A stretch of DNA of 64,000 nt, taken from Candidatus Latescibacterota bacterium. Its GTDB lineage: Bacteria; Latescibacterota; UBA2968; UBA8231. Within the stretch, counting starts at the first letter, position 1. The number at the start of each line of letters is the position of its first letter. The translations under genes and the position numbers were made by a program. The notes under the pieces are model-generated. The model was not told the DNA's origin. It saw nothing but the letters and a program-made list of their open reading frames with translations, and searched no databases. Shown here in pieces: positions 26,190 to 35,329 of the stretch. The DNA lies in NCBI GenBank assembly GCA_022827835.1, contig JAJEIO010000032.1:117748-181747 (forward strand), read 5' to 3'.

Positions 26190-27515
26190 TTAGACTATCT
26201 CCACCAGCGCATTCCCCACCGCGGCGACTAGGCCGTCGATGTGCCCAGCGTCCATGGGCGTGGAAAGCGCGCACATGCCTAGCCCTGGACCGAGGAAGTA
26301 CCCCTGTTCGATGAGCGAGAGAAAGAGCGGTTGAATGAGGGTTTTGTCGGTGGCGGCGAGGTCGCGGTAGTTGGCGATGGGGCCGCGGGCGAAGTAGATG
26401 CTGAAGACCGATCCCGTGCAGACTGCTTGAGCGGCGATGGCGTGGTCGGCAAAGAGCGCGTTGAGTTGGTCCTTTAGACGCGCTCCGAGTGCGTTCAAAT
26501 GGTCGATGGTTTGCGGCGTCAACTCGCTCAGGGTCGCCAAGCCTGCGGCCATGGCCACGGGATGCGCGCTAAAGGTGCCGCTCTGGAAAAAGCCGGTGGA
26601 TTGCTGCGAGTTGTCGAACAGGTCCATTAGGTCGGCCCGGCCGCCAAAGGCTCCCACCGGAAAGCCGCCGCCGACGATCTTGCCAAAGCAACTCAGGTCT
26701 GGGTCGATACCGTACAGGCCCTGCAAGCCGCCCGTGGCTGTGCGGAATCCAACGATTTCGTCGAAGATGAGCAATACTCTGTGGCGGCGGGTGATGTCGC
26801 GCACGGCGCGGGCAAAATCCGGCTGGATGTCGAGGACGCCGGCCTTGGGGTCGAAGAGGACGCAGGCGAGTTCGCTGGCGTGCGCAGCGACGAGTCGTTC
26901 GACGGCCTCTGGATCGCTGTAGGGGAGGATGACGGCTTCGGACGCGGCCGACGGGGACATGCCGCCGGCTGTTGGCACTGCGATGGGCGCGTGTGCGGGA
27001 CCTGCTTGGTCTAAGGACGGGGCCACGCTGACTTCCACGGCGTCGTGGCTGCCGTGGTACCCGCCCTCGAACTTGGCGATTTTGCCGCGCTGCGTGTAGC
27101 CCCGCGCCAAGCGAATCGCGTGCAGCGTGGCCTCGGTGCCGGAGTTGACAAAGCGAATCCGCTCCAGTGCATCCACTCGGTCGCACATTGCGCGGGCGAT
27201 TTCGCTTTCAATGCCGGTGGGCGCGCCCAAGGCAATGCCCTTTTGCATCTGCTCGCGCACGGCCGCTTCCACGCGCTCGTGCCCGTGTCCGAGGACTTGG
27301 GCCGTGTGGTGGTTGGCGCAATCGACGTAGTGCCGTCCATCCACATCCCACAGATAGCAGCCCTGGCCGCGAGCCATGGTGAGTGGATAGGGCGGGTAGT
27401 AATACGCGCCTTTGGCCGCACCGGCCGTGTAGGCGCGGCCCTGTTCAAAAAGGGCGCGGGAGCGCGGGCTGGCGTGGCGATAGCGCGCTTCGAGGTCGGC
27501 AAGTGATGTAAGCAT
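26190..27515 (-). CDS. Class-III PLP aminotransferase (glutamate-1-semialdehyde 2,1-aminomutase family)
   Basis: NSGTEATLHAIRLARGYTQRGKIAKFEGGYHGSHD and LIFDEIVGFRTATGGLQGLYGIDPDLSCFGKIVGGGFPVGAFGGR (Lys in GKIVGGG). Confidence 0.85.
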   Translation of the reverse strand: MLTSLADLEARYRHASPRSRALFEQGRAYTAGAAKGAYYYPPYPLTMARGQGCYLWDVDGRHYVDCANHHTAQVLGHGHERVEAAVREQMQKGIALGAPTGIESEIARAMCDRVDALERIRFVNSGTEATLHAIRLARGYTQRGKIAKFEGGYHGSHDAVEVSVAPSLDQAGPAHAPIAVPTAGGMSPSAASEAVILPYSDPEAVERLVAAHASELACVLFDPKAGVLDIQPDFARAVRDITRRHRVLLIFDEIVGFRTATGGLQGLYGIDPDLSCFGKIVGGGFPVGAFGGRADLMDLFDNSQQSTGFFQSGTFSAHPVAMAAGLATLSELTPQTIDHLNALGARLKDQLNALFADHAIAAQAVCTGSVFSIYFARGPIANYRDLAATDKTLIQPLFLSLIEQGYFLGPGLGMCALSTPMDAGHIDGLVAAVGNALVEIV

Positions 27516-27608
27516 AATGGGATATTATAACTAAACGAGGTTGGCGAACAAATTGGCTCCGCTCGCGCACGAGGAGTTGACGCAGCCCGTGTTCGCACCC
27601 TAGAGTAT

Positions 27609-27634
27609 AGGGCGTCCACAAGGGACGCCCCTAC
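27609..27634. repeat. 26-nt palindromic element, copy 1 (agggcgtccacaagggacgcccctac)
   Basis: 8-bp stem gggcgtcc/ggacgccc with a 5-nt loop. A near-identical copy (1 mismatch, in the loop) is at 29111-29136. This copy lies in a divergent promoter region. Confidence 0.85.
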
Positions 27635-27658
27635 AACCCTTTACCAGCAATAGTTGCC

Positions 27659-28753
27659 ATGTCCCAAACCGAATACGCCGTCGAAGTCGCGTCCTCGGCT
27701 GACGTTTCGCTGATCGACTGCGATGTCCACAATTACCCGAACTCCATCGACGATCTCATGCCCTATTTGTCGGCGCGCTGGCAGGCGTACGTGCGGCAAT
27801 CCGGGTTTAGCGGCCCGCCCGGGCCAACCTATCCCAAGGGTTTTGCGCAAGCGGCGCGGCGCGATGCTTGGCCGCCTTCGGGTTTAAGGCCGGGCGGCGA
27901 TCCCGATTTTGCGCGTACCCAATTGCTCGATGCTTGGGGCATTGACGTGGCCGTGCTCAATCCGCTCTACGGCATGACGTCCCTGCACAACCTCGACTTT
28001 GCCAATGCGCTGATGCGCGCGGTCAACGAGTGGACCGCGCACGCTTGGCTCGACCACGACCCGCGCTGGCGCGGCTCGATTGTGGTCAATGCCAACGACC
28101 CGGCCGAGGCGGCCGCGGAAATCAAACGGGCCGCGGCTGATCCGCGCTTTGTGCAGGTGTTGCTCTTAGTGCGGTCGAGCGCGCCGTATGGCAAGCGGCA
28201 GTTCCGGCCGATTTTTGCTGCGGCCTGCGAGGTCGGCCTGCCGGTGGGAATCCACTTTGGCGGCAGCGGCCAGCCGATCACGGCCTGCGGCTGGCCTTCC
28301 TATTACATCGAAGATCACACGGCCATGTCACAAGCCTTTGAGGCGCAGGTCATCAGCCTTGTTTGCGAAGGGGTGTTCTGCGAATTTCCGGAGCTGCGTG
28401 TCGCACTTGTCGAAGGGGGATTCGCGTGGTTGCCTGGGCTAATGTGGCGGCTGGATAAGAACTATCGGGGCTTGCGCAGCGAGGTGCCGTGGCTGAAGAA
28501 GCGGCCCAGCGAATACATCCGCGAGCACTGCCGCGCCACGACCCAACCCATGGAAGAGCCAGACGACCCCCAGCACTTGCTGCAGATCATCGACATGATC
28601 GGCGGCGAGGATTTCTTGATGTTCGCTACGGATTATCCGCATTGGGACTTTGACTCGCCGATCCGCGCCCTGCCGCCAGCGATTGACGGTGCGATGCGCC
28701 GGGGGATCATGGTTGATAATGCCGAGGCATTTTATGGCTTTGCGGCGCGTTGA
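27659..28753 (+). CDS. Amidohydrolase_2 family hydrolase/decarboxylase-like (ACMSD-like TIM barrel)
   Basis: [10 protein letters not shown] and a [11 protein letters not shown]-terminal block. 364 aa. Confidence 0.75.
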   Translation: MSQTEYAVEVASSADVSLIDCDVHNYPNSIDDLMPYLSARWQAYVRQSGFSGPPGPTYPKGFAQAARRDAWPPSGLRPGGDPDFARTQLLDAWGIDVAVLNPLYGMTSLHNLDFANALMRAVNEWTAHAWLDHDPRWRGSIVVNANDPAEAAAEIKRAAADPRFVQVLLLVRSSAPYGKRQFRPIFAAACEVGLPVGIHFGGSGQPITACGWPSYYIEDHTAMSQAFEAQVISLVCEGVFCEFPELRVALVEGGFAWLPGLMWRLDKNYRGLRSEVPWLKKRPSEYIREHCRATTQPMEEPDDPQHLLQIIDMIGGEDFLMFATDYPHWDFDSPIRALPPAIDGAMRRGIMVDNAEAFYGFAAR

Positions 28754-29099
28754 CGTAGGGCCGGTCGATGCCTTTGCCGACGGCGAGATCCGCCGGGTCG
28801 AGGTCGAGGGGCGAGGCTTGGCTATCGTGCGGCAGGGGGATGCTTGGTATGCGGTCCGCGATGTTTGTCCGCACCAAGGGGCGCGTCTGTCGGATGGCCG
28901 GGTTGGGGGCACGGCGTTGGCACGGCATCCGGGGGACGAGATTGTCTTGGGACGCGCGGGCGAGATCCTGAGTTGCCCGTGGCACGGCTGGGAATACGAC
29001 GTGCGCACGGGCCGCTCGCTTTGCGAGCCCGAGAAGGTGCGGGTGCGGACTTATTCGGTGCTCGTGGAGGATGGTCGGGTGCTCGTGGAGATGGATTAG
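28734..29099 (+). CDS. Rieske [2Fe-2S] domain protein
   Basis: ORF 28650..29099. Preferred start is ATG 28734, overlapping the upstream stop by 20 nt. CPHQG...(x)...CPWHGW are the Rieske ligand motifs. Confidence 0.85.
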   Translation: MALRRVDVGPVDAFADGEIRRVEVEGRGLAIVRQGDAWYAVRDVCPHQGARLSDGRVGGTALARHPGDEIVLGRAGEILSCPWHGWEYDVRTGRSLCEPEKVRVRTYSVLVEDGRVLVEMD

Positions 29100-29110
29100 A
29101 AAAATAAAAA

Positions 29111-29136
29111 AGGGCGTCCACGAGGGACGCCCCTAC
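29111..29136. repeat. 26-nt palindromic element, copy 2 (agggcgtccacgagggacgcccctac)
   Basis: Same sequence as 27609-27634 except for one loop base. Confidence 0.85.
29112..29132 (-). terminator. Intrinsic terminator-like hairpin between convergent genes
   Basis: GC-rich 8-bp stem. On the minus strand it is followed by TTTTTTATTTT, downstream of the 29148..30134 gene. Confidence 0.6.
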
Positions 29137-29147
29137 GGCGTTGGTGA

Positions 29148-30134
29148 TTATCTCGGCACCGGAATGGGCACCGGCACGTTGCCCTGTTTTTGCGATTCTA
29201 AAAATCCAATAATCAGCTCTACTACCGTGTGGCCCGCTCGGCCCGGCGACACTGACTCGACGCCTTGGTCCATAGCTGCGATTAGTTCGTGGATGCCGGC
29301 GGGAATGCCCTCGACTGGCCAAGTCGGCGGCGCGAGGGGTTCTGGCTCTTCGCCGCGATACAGGGTGCCGCCGTCGCTGACCATAATTAGGCGTCCGGTG
29401 GTGCCGACCACTTCGAGTTGCTGCTTGGGCGCTGGCGTGGTCTTAGAGCCGCCGATGTAGAAGCCCCGCACACCCCCAGCAAAGTGGATGTATCCGTTGG
29501 CCCCTGGCTCGGTGGCCGGCACGTGGCCGCCGTCGCCGCGGTACTCGGCGTAGTCCTCGTACCCGTCCTCCAGTTCGGCCACCACCCACTGGGGCTGCTC
29601 GCCTGCGTAGTAGCAGATAGCGTCGAGCGTGTGGGTGCCGTTGCGGAAGAGCATGGCGCGCGGGCCGGAGAGCGTGCCGATGACGTATTGCACTGGGCCG
29701 ATGACGCCTTGATCGACGATCTCTTCTTTGGCGTAGCGCCACAGGGGGATGAAGCGCCGGGTATGATCGACCGACAGGGTGGTGTTGTTGGCGTCGCAAG
29801 CGGCGATCATGCGGTCGGCGTCTGCAAGACTGGTGGCCAGCGGTTTCTCGCAGAAGATGCCCTTGGCCCCGGCGTTGGCCGCATCTACTACTAAGTCGGC
29901 GTGGCGGTGATCCGAGGTGGCGACGGTGACGATGTCCAGCGATTCGCGGTCGAGCATTTCGCGGTGATCGCGGTACAGAGTGAGGTTGGCGTCTGGCCAG
30001 CGTTGCTCGAACTCGCGGAGGGTTGCTTCGTCGAGGTCGCAAGCCGCCGCGAGGTTGGCGCGGTCTGAACTGATGATGCCGGTGGCGTGGGCTATGCCAA
30101 TGCCTCGGCAGCCGATGACTCCAGCTTTATACAT
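29148..30134 (-). CDS. Gfo/Idh/MocA family oxidoreductase
   Basis: MYKAGVIGCRGIGIAHA..., GIFCEKPLATS. Confidence 0.85.
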   Translation of the reverse strand: MYKAGVIGCRGIGIAHATGIISSDRANLAAACDLDEATLREFEQRWPDANLTLYRDHREMLDRESLDIVTVATSDHRHADLVVDAANAGAKGIFCEKPLATSLADADRMIAACDANNTTLSVDHTRRFIPLWRYAKEEIVDQGVIGPVQYVIGTLSGPRAMLFRNGTHTLDAICYYAGEQPQWVVAELEDGYEDYAEYRGDGGHVPATEPGANGYIHFAGGVRGFYIGGSKTTPAPKQQLEVVGTTGRLIMVSDGGTLYRGEEPEPLAPPTWPVEGIPAGIHELIAAMDQGVESVSPGRAGHTVVELIIGFLESQKQGNVPVPIPVPR

Positions 30135-30149
30135 GTCGTACTCCTTTGT

Positions 30150-31184
30150 TTAGGGATTCCACTGCTGGGCGCGCTCCGCGAAGATCGCTGGATTGGCGCG
30201 CCACTCTCCGTAGCCAATGCGCTGGCCATCGGTCAGATAGTTGATCTTGTCGTCGATGCAGGCCGCTAGGTCGGCGTCCTCCACGGCGAGCGAGAACCCA
30301 CCCCACTCGGTGGCCTCGTCGAGGGCCGCGACGACAAACTCGCCGTCGGAAGCGACGCTGGCGTCGCGGTTGCCGATTTCGCCGCGGGCAATGGAGTCGA
30401 TGGTGCCGGCTCGGAGGGCGTTGAGCAGGTCTAACTCGCTGGCTTCTTGCCCTTCTTGCCCGTTGAGGTAGATCACTTGCGGCATGTCGGCTGTGGGCGG
30501 CACTAGCCGCAGCCGGTCAGCCAGATGGTCCGACGCGCCGGCTGGGGTGATGGTGTAAGCGGCCGTGCCGTCGGCGAGAATCTCGCCTTCGGCTGTTTCA
30601 ATGCGCGTACCCGCGACGAGTGCGCCTTGGGCATCGACGAAGCCGGTCAGCTCCAGCAGGCGGAACTCGCCGGTGGTCAGCCGCAACACGCCCACCCGAT
30701 CTTCGCTCGTCAGGTCGCTGTGGCTGGCAAAGCGCTCGGCATCGGCAGCCCTAACCAGCAGCGATTGGCGGAAGGCTATGTGCCCGGAGGTAAAGGTCAC
30801 TACGCGCTCGCCGGCCGCATTGCGGGTGCGAGAGTCGAGGATGGTGATGCCGCCGCCGACCAAGTCGTAGTCTGGCCCGGCCGCTTGCAGCCATATATCG
30901 GCCCAGTCGGCGATGCCGCGGCGTGCAAAGGACAACTCCGGGCCGTCCATAGCCTCTAAGGCGGTCAGCAAATCCGCTTCGTACCCGAGATGTTCGTCGA
31001 ACCCGGCCGTGCCCGGAGTCGGGTCTGCACTGTAACTGACTGGCGCGAAAAAGGCGTAGAACCCGACTTGGAGTACCTGCCTGTCGCCGCAAGCTGCCGC
31101 AGGCGAGTCGCTGGGCGAGGACGAGCAGGCCGCTAAGAAGAGGACTGAGGCCGCGAAGGATGAGTAGAGGAAGGATGGGGACAT
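30150..31184 (-). CDS. Lipoprotein, periplasmic solute-binding protein family 3-like
   Basis: ORF 30150..31223. Preferred start is ATG 31184, which gives MSPSFLYSSFAASVLFLAAC (lipobox). LQVGFYAFFAPVSY and a two-lobe SBP-like layout. Confidence 0.55.
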   Translation of the reverse strand: MSPSFLYSSFAASVLFLAACSSSPSDSPAAACGDRQVLQVGFYAFFAPVSYSADPTPGTAGFDEHLGYEADLLTALEAMDGPELSFARRGIADWADIWLQAAGPDYDLVGGGITILDSRTRNAAGERVVTFTSGHIAFRQSLLVRAADAERFASHSDLTSEDRVGVLRLTTGEFRLLELTGFVDAQGALVAGTRIETAEGEILADGTAAYTITPAGASDHLADRLRLVPPTADMPQVIYLNGQEGQEASELDLLNALRAGTIDSIARGEIGNRDASVASDGEFVVAALDEATEWGGFSLAVEDADLAACIDDKINYLTDGQRIGYGEWRANPAIFAERAQQWNP

Positions 31185-31191
31185 ATTCAAT

Positions 31192-32529
31192 TTAGTTAGT
31201 ATAAGGCACGGTGCCTCGGGCATCTACTTGGTACCCCCAGCGTTCGAGGTAGGCTGGGCCGGGGAGGAAGGGGTCGTCGGCTGCGGCGAGGCGGCGCGTG
31301 AGGGCCGCGTCTAATTCGTCGAGCAAGTCCTGCTGGCCGGGCTGTCCGACGAGGTTGTCCTGTTGGAAGGGATCGGCCTCGTTGTCGTAGAGCAGCCACG
31401 GCCCTTCTAGGGCGCGGACGTACGTGTGGCGGCGGGTGCGCAGGCCCCGGTAGGATCGGCCGCCGACGCCGGTCCACCACTGCCCAAAGGGATGGGGACA
31501 CTGCAAGAGCGCGGTGCCGTCCGAGGGGTCTGGGCCGCCTTGTAGGTACGCGGAAAAGTCGATGCCCTCCACGGTGGAAGGAATCGGTAGGCCGCACAGG
31601 CCCAACAGGGTCGGCATGATGTCGGGTAGGTCAATCAGCGCGTCGAGTTCAGCGACACCCATCCTAGGATAGCGCAGCAGGAATGGGACGCGGATGGACT
31701 CTTCGTAGGGCTTTTGCTTTTTGTCCATGCCCTGCGAGCCGAGCATGTCGCCGTGATCCGAGAAGAACAGAAAGATCGTCTCTTGCTCCAGCCCCTCCTC
31801 CTGCAAGGTCTGGAGCAACATGCCGACGCAGTCGTCCAAGGCCGTGCAATGGGCGTAGTACCCGGCGAGCCACTGCCGCGCGTTTTCGGCCCAGTCGGGA
31901 GGCACGTTGGGCCGCAGGGAGATAGCGGCTGGATCGTACAGGGCTTGGTACGCTTCTGGAGCTGTGTGATAGGGGGCGTGCGGCGGCCCCCACGATAGGA
32001 CCAGCAAGAAGGGCTTGTCTCCGCGACCTCGCAGGTACGCTTGGGCGTCGCGGGTCTGGGCCAAGGCGTCGTAGCCCTCCCATACGAGTTGCTCGTCCGA
32101 GTCTCCCGCATAGTACGCGGAATGGTTGTAGTCGTGGGTGCATTCGAGCACCTTCCAGTACTCGAAGCCCTGCCGCCGCTCGGGCGGGATATAGCGGCCG
32201 CGGCCGCGGCCATTGACGTGCCACTTGCCGATATAGGCCGTGTCGTAGCCGCCGGCGCTGAAAGCCTGTGCGATGCTCGTGGCGTCTTGGCCCAGCTCTA
32301 CGTCGTTGACGAAGACGCCGTGTGTGAGGGGGTATTGACCGGTCAGAAGCGAGGCCCGCGCTGGCGAGCACACTGAGCAGCCGGACACCGCGTGGGTGCA
32401 GTTGACGCTGCGGCGCGCCAAGGCGTCCAGATTGGGGGTTTGCACATTGGGGTCGCCGGCGTACCCAAAGGCTTGGGCGCGCCATTGGTCGGCGAAGACG
32501 AGAACTATATTCGGCTTTTTGTTGGGCAC
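31192..32529 (-). CDS. Sulfatase-family enzyme (Cys-type), no signal peptide
   Basis: ORF 31192..32622. Preferred start is GTG 32529 (AGGAG 7 nt upstream). KPNIVLVFADQWR and the formylglycine motif CSVCSPARASLLTG. Confidence 0.85.
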   Translation of the reverse strand: MPNKKPNIVLVFADQWRAQAFGYAGDPNVQTPNLDALARRSVNCTHAVSGCSVCSPARASLLTGQYPLTHGVFVNDVELGQDATSIAQAFSAGGYDTAYIGKWHVNGRGRGRYIPPERRQGFEYWKVLECTHDYNHSAYYAGDSDEQLVWEGYDALAQTRDAQAYLRGRGDKPFLLVLSWGPPHAPYHTAPEAYQALYDPAAISLRPNVPPDWAENARQWLAGYYAHCTALDDCVGMLLQTLQEEGLEQETIFLFFSDHGDMLGSQGMDKKQKPYEESIRVPFLLRYPRMGVAELDALIDLPDIMPTLLGLCGLPIPSTVEGIDFSAYLQGGPDPSDGTALLQCPHPFGQWWTGVGGRSYRGLRTRRHTYVRALEGPWLLYDNEADPFQQDNLVGQPGQQDLLDELDAALTRRLAAADDPFLPGPAYLERWGYQVDARGTVPYTN

Positions 32530-32662
32530 TGCGCGTCTCCTAGGCTGGGGTGAGCAGCCTCCAATATCTTCGCGCTGGGGGGAGGCTGTCAACATTGACC
32601 GGGTTCGGCGTGCGCGGTACAATCGAATTCTGCCGAATTGAACTCACCCACAGGAGGAAATC

Positions 32663-33163
32663 ATGAGAAGTCGCAGCATTGCCGCAGCAGTAGTCGCAGG
32701 AATCGTCGTTGGCGTTAGCTCTATCGCCGGTGCTCACGAGGAACACGACAATGATTCCGGGCCCACGGCGTTCACCTCGATGACGCCGATCCTTAACGTC
32801 GCAAGCGTCGAGGCGAGCATTGAGCACTACACCTCGGTGCTCGGTTTCAACAAGGACTGGGACTGGCCCGCCGAGGAGGACAACAAGACCTTTGCCTCCA
32901 TATCCAATGGCGAGGTACACGTCTTTCTCGCTGAGAATTCGCAGGGTGCCCGGCCAGTGTGGATTTACTACAACGTCGGCGATGTTGACAAGCTGCACGA
33001 GGAGTACGCGGCGGCGGGGGCAAACATAACGCAGGTGCCTGCTGATAAGCCTTGGGGAGCGAGGGAAATGCTAGTTGAGGACTTGGATGGGCATGTTTTG
33101 CGGATTGGCGGGCCGCCTAGTGAGGAGGAGCATAGTGAGGAAGGGCATCATGAGAGTGAATAA
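32663..33163 (+). CDS. Secreted VOC/glyoxalase-bleomycin-resistance family protein with His/Glu-rich tail
   Basis: Signal-like MRSRSIAAAVVAGIVVGVSSIAGA. PILNVASVEASIEHYTSVLGF and VEDLDGHVLRIG. Tail EEEHSEEGHHESE. Confidence 0.7.
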   Translation: MRSRSIAAAVVAGIVVGVSSIAGAHEEHDNDSGPTAFTSMTPILNVASVEASIEHYTSVLGFNKDWDWPAEEDNKTFASISNGEVHVFLAENSQGARPVWIYYNVGDVDKLHEEYAAAGANITQVPADKPWGAREMLVEDLDGHVLRIGGPPSEEEHSEEGHHESE

Positions 33164-33307
33164 GGCACCATTAAAGTGAGAAGTAGGCGCACACTGTCTT
33201 AGAAAAGGTGCTGAAATCCCGGCCTCATTGAAGCATGAGGTAGGTCTGGCTATATTGGAGGCCGTTGATACAATTTTCGGGATTTCACCGTCTCCGCCTC
33301 ATTAGCC

Positions 33308-34099
33308 ATGAACGACCTCGAAACACTGCAATACCTATTCGACGTGCAGGGCTATTTGGTGCTCGAAAACGTCCTCGACGCCGAGCAAGTGGCCGCTCTC
33401 AACCACTTGCTCGACGCGCACCTGCCGCCGGCAAAGGGCAGCCGCTTTGGTTCCGCGCCCGCTGGCTCGGGCTTTTTGGACTGGGGCCAGCCCTTTATCG
33501 ACCTGCTCGACCATCCCCAGATCATGCCCGTGCTGCGCTTCCGCTTGGGCGATTGCTTCCGCCTCGACCGGATCTATGGATTGTGTTTGCGCCACGGCAT
33601 GGCCAGAGGAGCCTTGCACAGCGACTACGGTGCTACGTCGCCGACCTCTGGGGCGCAGCCGGGCCAGTACCATCCTCTGCGCGACAATCAGATACTCAAC
33701 GGCTTTGTCGTGGCGACTTGGAACTTGACCGACGCTGGGCCGGACTACGGCGGCTTTTGCTGCATTCCCGGCAGTCACAAGAGCAATTTCAAACTGCCGC
33801 AACCGATTGCCGACGTGCCCGAACAGGCCCCCTGTGTGATTATTCCCTCGGCCCCGGCTGGCTCTGTCACTTTGTTCACCGAGGCTCTGACTCACGGGAC
33901 GGCCGCTTGGCACGGGCATCATCAGCGGCGCGCCTTGCTCTACAAATACTGCGTCTCGCAGATGGCCTGGACCAACAGGCGCGTGCAACCGCCGGCCGAC
34001 CTGACCCGGCGGCAGCAGATCCTCTTTGGCGAGCCGGCCGATCCGCATCGCTTTTTCCCTTCGCTCTTTGAGGGCGTTGACGAGGGGACGAGTTCGTGA
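33308..34099 (+). CDS. PhyH family Fe(II)/2OG dioxygenase
   Basis: LFDVQGYLVLENVL, ALHSDYG (HxD), CIPGSHKSNF, LTHGT. Confidence 0.8.
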   Translation: MNDLETLQYLFDVQGYLVLENVLDAEQVAALNHLLDAHLPPAKGSRFGSAPAGSGFLDWGQPFIDLLDHPQIMPVLRFRLGDCFRLDRIYGLCLRHGMARGALHSDYGATSPTSGAQPGQYHPLRDNQILNGFVVATWNLTDAGPDYGGFCCIPGSHKSNFKLPQPIADVPEQAPCVIIPSAPAGSVTLFTEALTHGTAAWHGHHQRRALLYKYCVSQMAWTNRRVQPPADLTRRQQILFGEPADPHRFFPSLFEGVDEGTSS

Positions 34100-35295
34100 T
34101 GTCAATGCCTCCCAATCCTTTGCTAGAAGACCAATTGGACGATCCGTTGTGGGAGCGCTTTCTACACTGTTCCACCAGCGATTTGGTTCGGGCGAGTCGG
34201 CCGGAGTTCCTAGGCGACGAGCCGACGCCTCTACAATGGGCGGCAGAAGACTGGGATCGCTTGGAGGCTGAGCGCCGCGATATTTTTGACTTGGACAAGT
34301 TGGAGGCCCAATTCGACCGCGATGTCTATTTGCGCGATGGATACGCCGTCCTGCGAGGCATCGTGCCCCCGTCCGTCATTGAGACTTGGACTGAGGCGCT
34401 GCAGCACGGCCAACAGCGCAACGATGCCCTTTTGCAGGCGGACTGGAGCCAAATAGACTGGCCCCGCTTGGGCCGCCGACCGCCCGAATGTCAACTGAGC
34501 GCCGAGGCTATTGCCGGTGCCTTGGGCGGCAGCCAGAAAGCGCCGCAAAGAACCGACGAAGCCGGCGTACTGACCCTGCGGCGGCACAGCGTTTTTACCG
34601 AGTATTTCCCCGCTGGCCACGTCCCGTTCCTCATGGACGTGCTAACCCATCCGCAGATGTTGCACCTGCAGAAGCTGTGCTTGGGCACGGAGGCCGTGTA
34701 TTTCGATCACAACCAGCTCCTCACGCGGCCGCCGGGTTACGCTGGCGGCGGTTGGCACAGTCACAAGATCGGTGCTGGTCGCGACTGTGGCCCCGTCCGC
34801 GATTTGGCTGAGTACCATGCCCAGCCCAATACCAACCTCACCCTGTGCTATCCCGAGGGATTTAGCGCCGCTGCCGATGGCGGCCTCAAGCTCATTCGCG
34901 GCAGCCACCTGTTCCGCGACCCGGACAACTGCCGAGCGGCCACTGACGAGGAGATCGAAGCTGGTTGGCTCAAGGGACGCGTCCATCCCATCACGGGGAA
35001 GCCGCTGGCCATCGAACATCTCGAACTGCCCCCCGGCTCGGTCGTCTGCTGCTTGTCGCACGGAGCACACGGCGTGGCTCCGAAGGGAGCGGACAAAGAG
35101 ACCCGTTGGTGTACCCTGTATGCGTACAAAAAAGCCGACGATCGCACCGGCTTGGTACAGCCGCCTCACGCCGTGCCGCCGCTGTGGGCACTCAAAGCGC
35201 AGCGGGGTGAGCTACCGCCCGTTTTAACCGAACTGATGCGTCCCAGCTTTAACCGCGCCTTGACCGGAGGCCGCACCGAGCCTTATCAAAATTGA
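34099..35295 (+). CDS. PhyH-like oxygenase, divergent (H-S-H in place of HxD)
   Basis: ATG 34099 overlaps the upstream TGA (GTGATG). YLRDGYAVLRGIV, GGGWHSHK, LIRGSHLFRD, LSHGAHG. It has a ~75-aa N-terminal extension. Confidence 0.65.
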   Translation: MSMPPNPLLEDQLDDPLWERFLHCSTSDLVRASRPEFLGDEPTPLQWAAEDWDRLEAERRDIFDLDKLEAQFDRDVYLRDGYAVLRGIVPPSVIETWTEALQHGQQRNDALLQADWSQIDWPRLGRRPPECQLSAEAIAGALGGSQKAPQRTDEAGVLTLRRHSVFTEYFPAGHVPFLMDVLTHPQMLHLQKLCLGTEAVYFDHNQLLTRPPGYAGGGWHSHKIGAGRDCGPVRDLAEYHAQPNTNLTLCYPEGFSAAADGGLKLIRGSHLFRDPDNCRAATDEEIEAGWLKGRVHPITGKPLAIEHLELPPGSVVCCLSHGAHGVAPKGADKETRWCTLYAYKKADDRTGLVQPPHAVPPLWALKAQRGELPPVLTELMRPSFNRALTGGRTEPYQN

Positions 35296-35329
35296 AGTAC
35301 TGATCGCACATCTTTCGACGAGGTTTTCG

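Noticed and set aside
27610-27630. GC-rich hairpin considered as an intrinsic terminator
   Set aside because: It lies between divergently transcribed gene starts and has no U-tract on either side. I kept it only as a copy of the repeated palindromic element.
33265-34071. 268-aa ORF in an alternative frame of the first tandem PhyH gene. The same situation applies to 60830..61672 versus 60721..61602.
   Set aside because: The competing frames carry the PhyH (HSD, PGSH) and GHKL (N, G1, G2 boxes) motifs. The alternative frames are Arg/Pro/Ala-rich.
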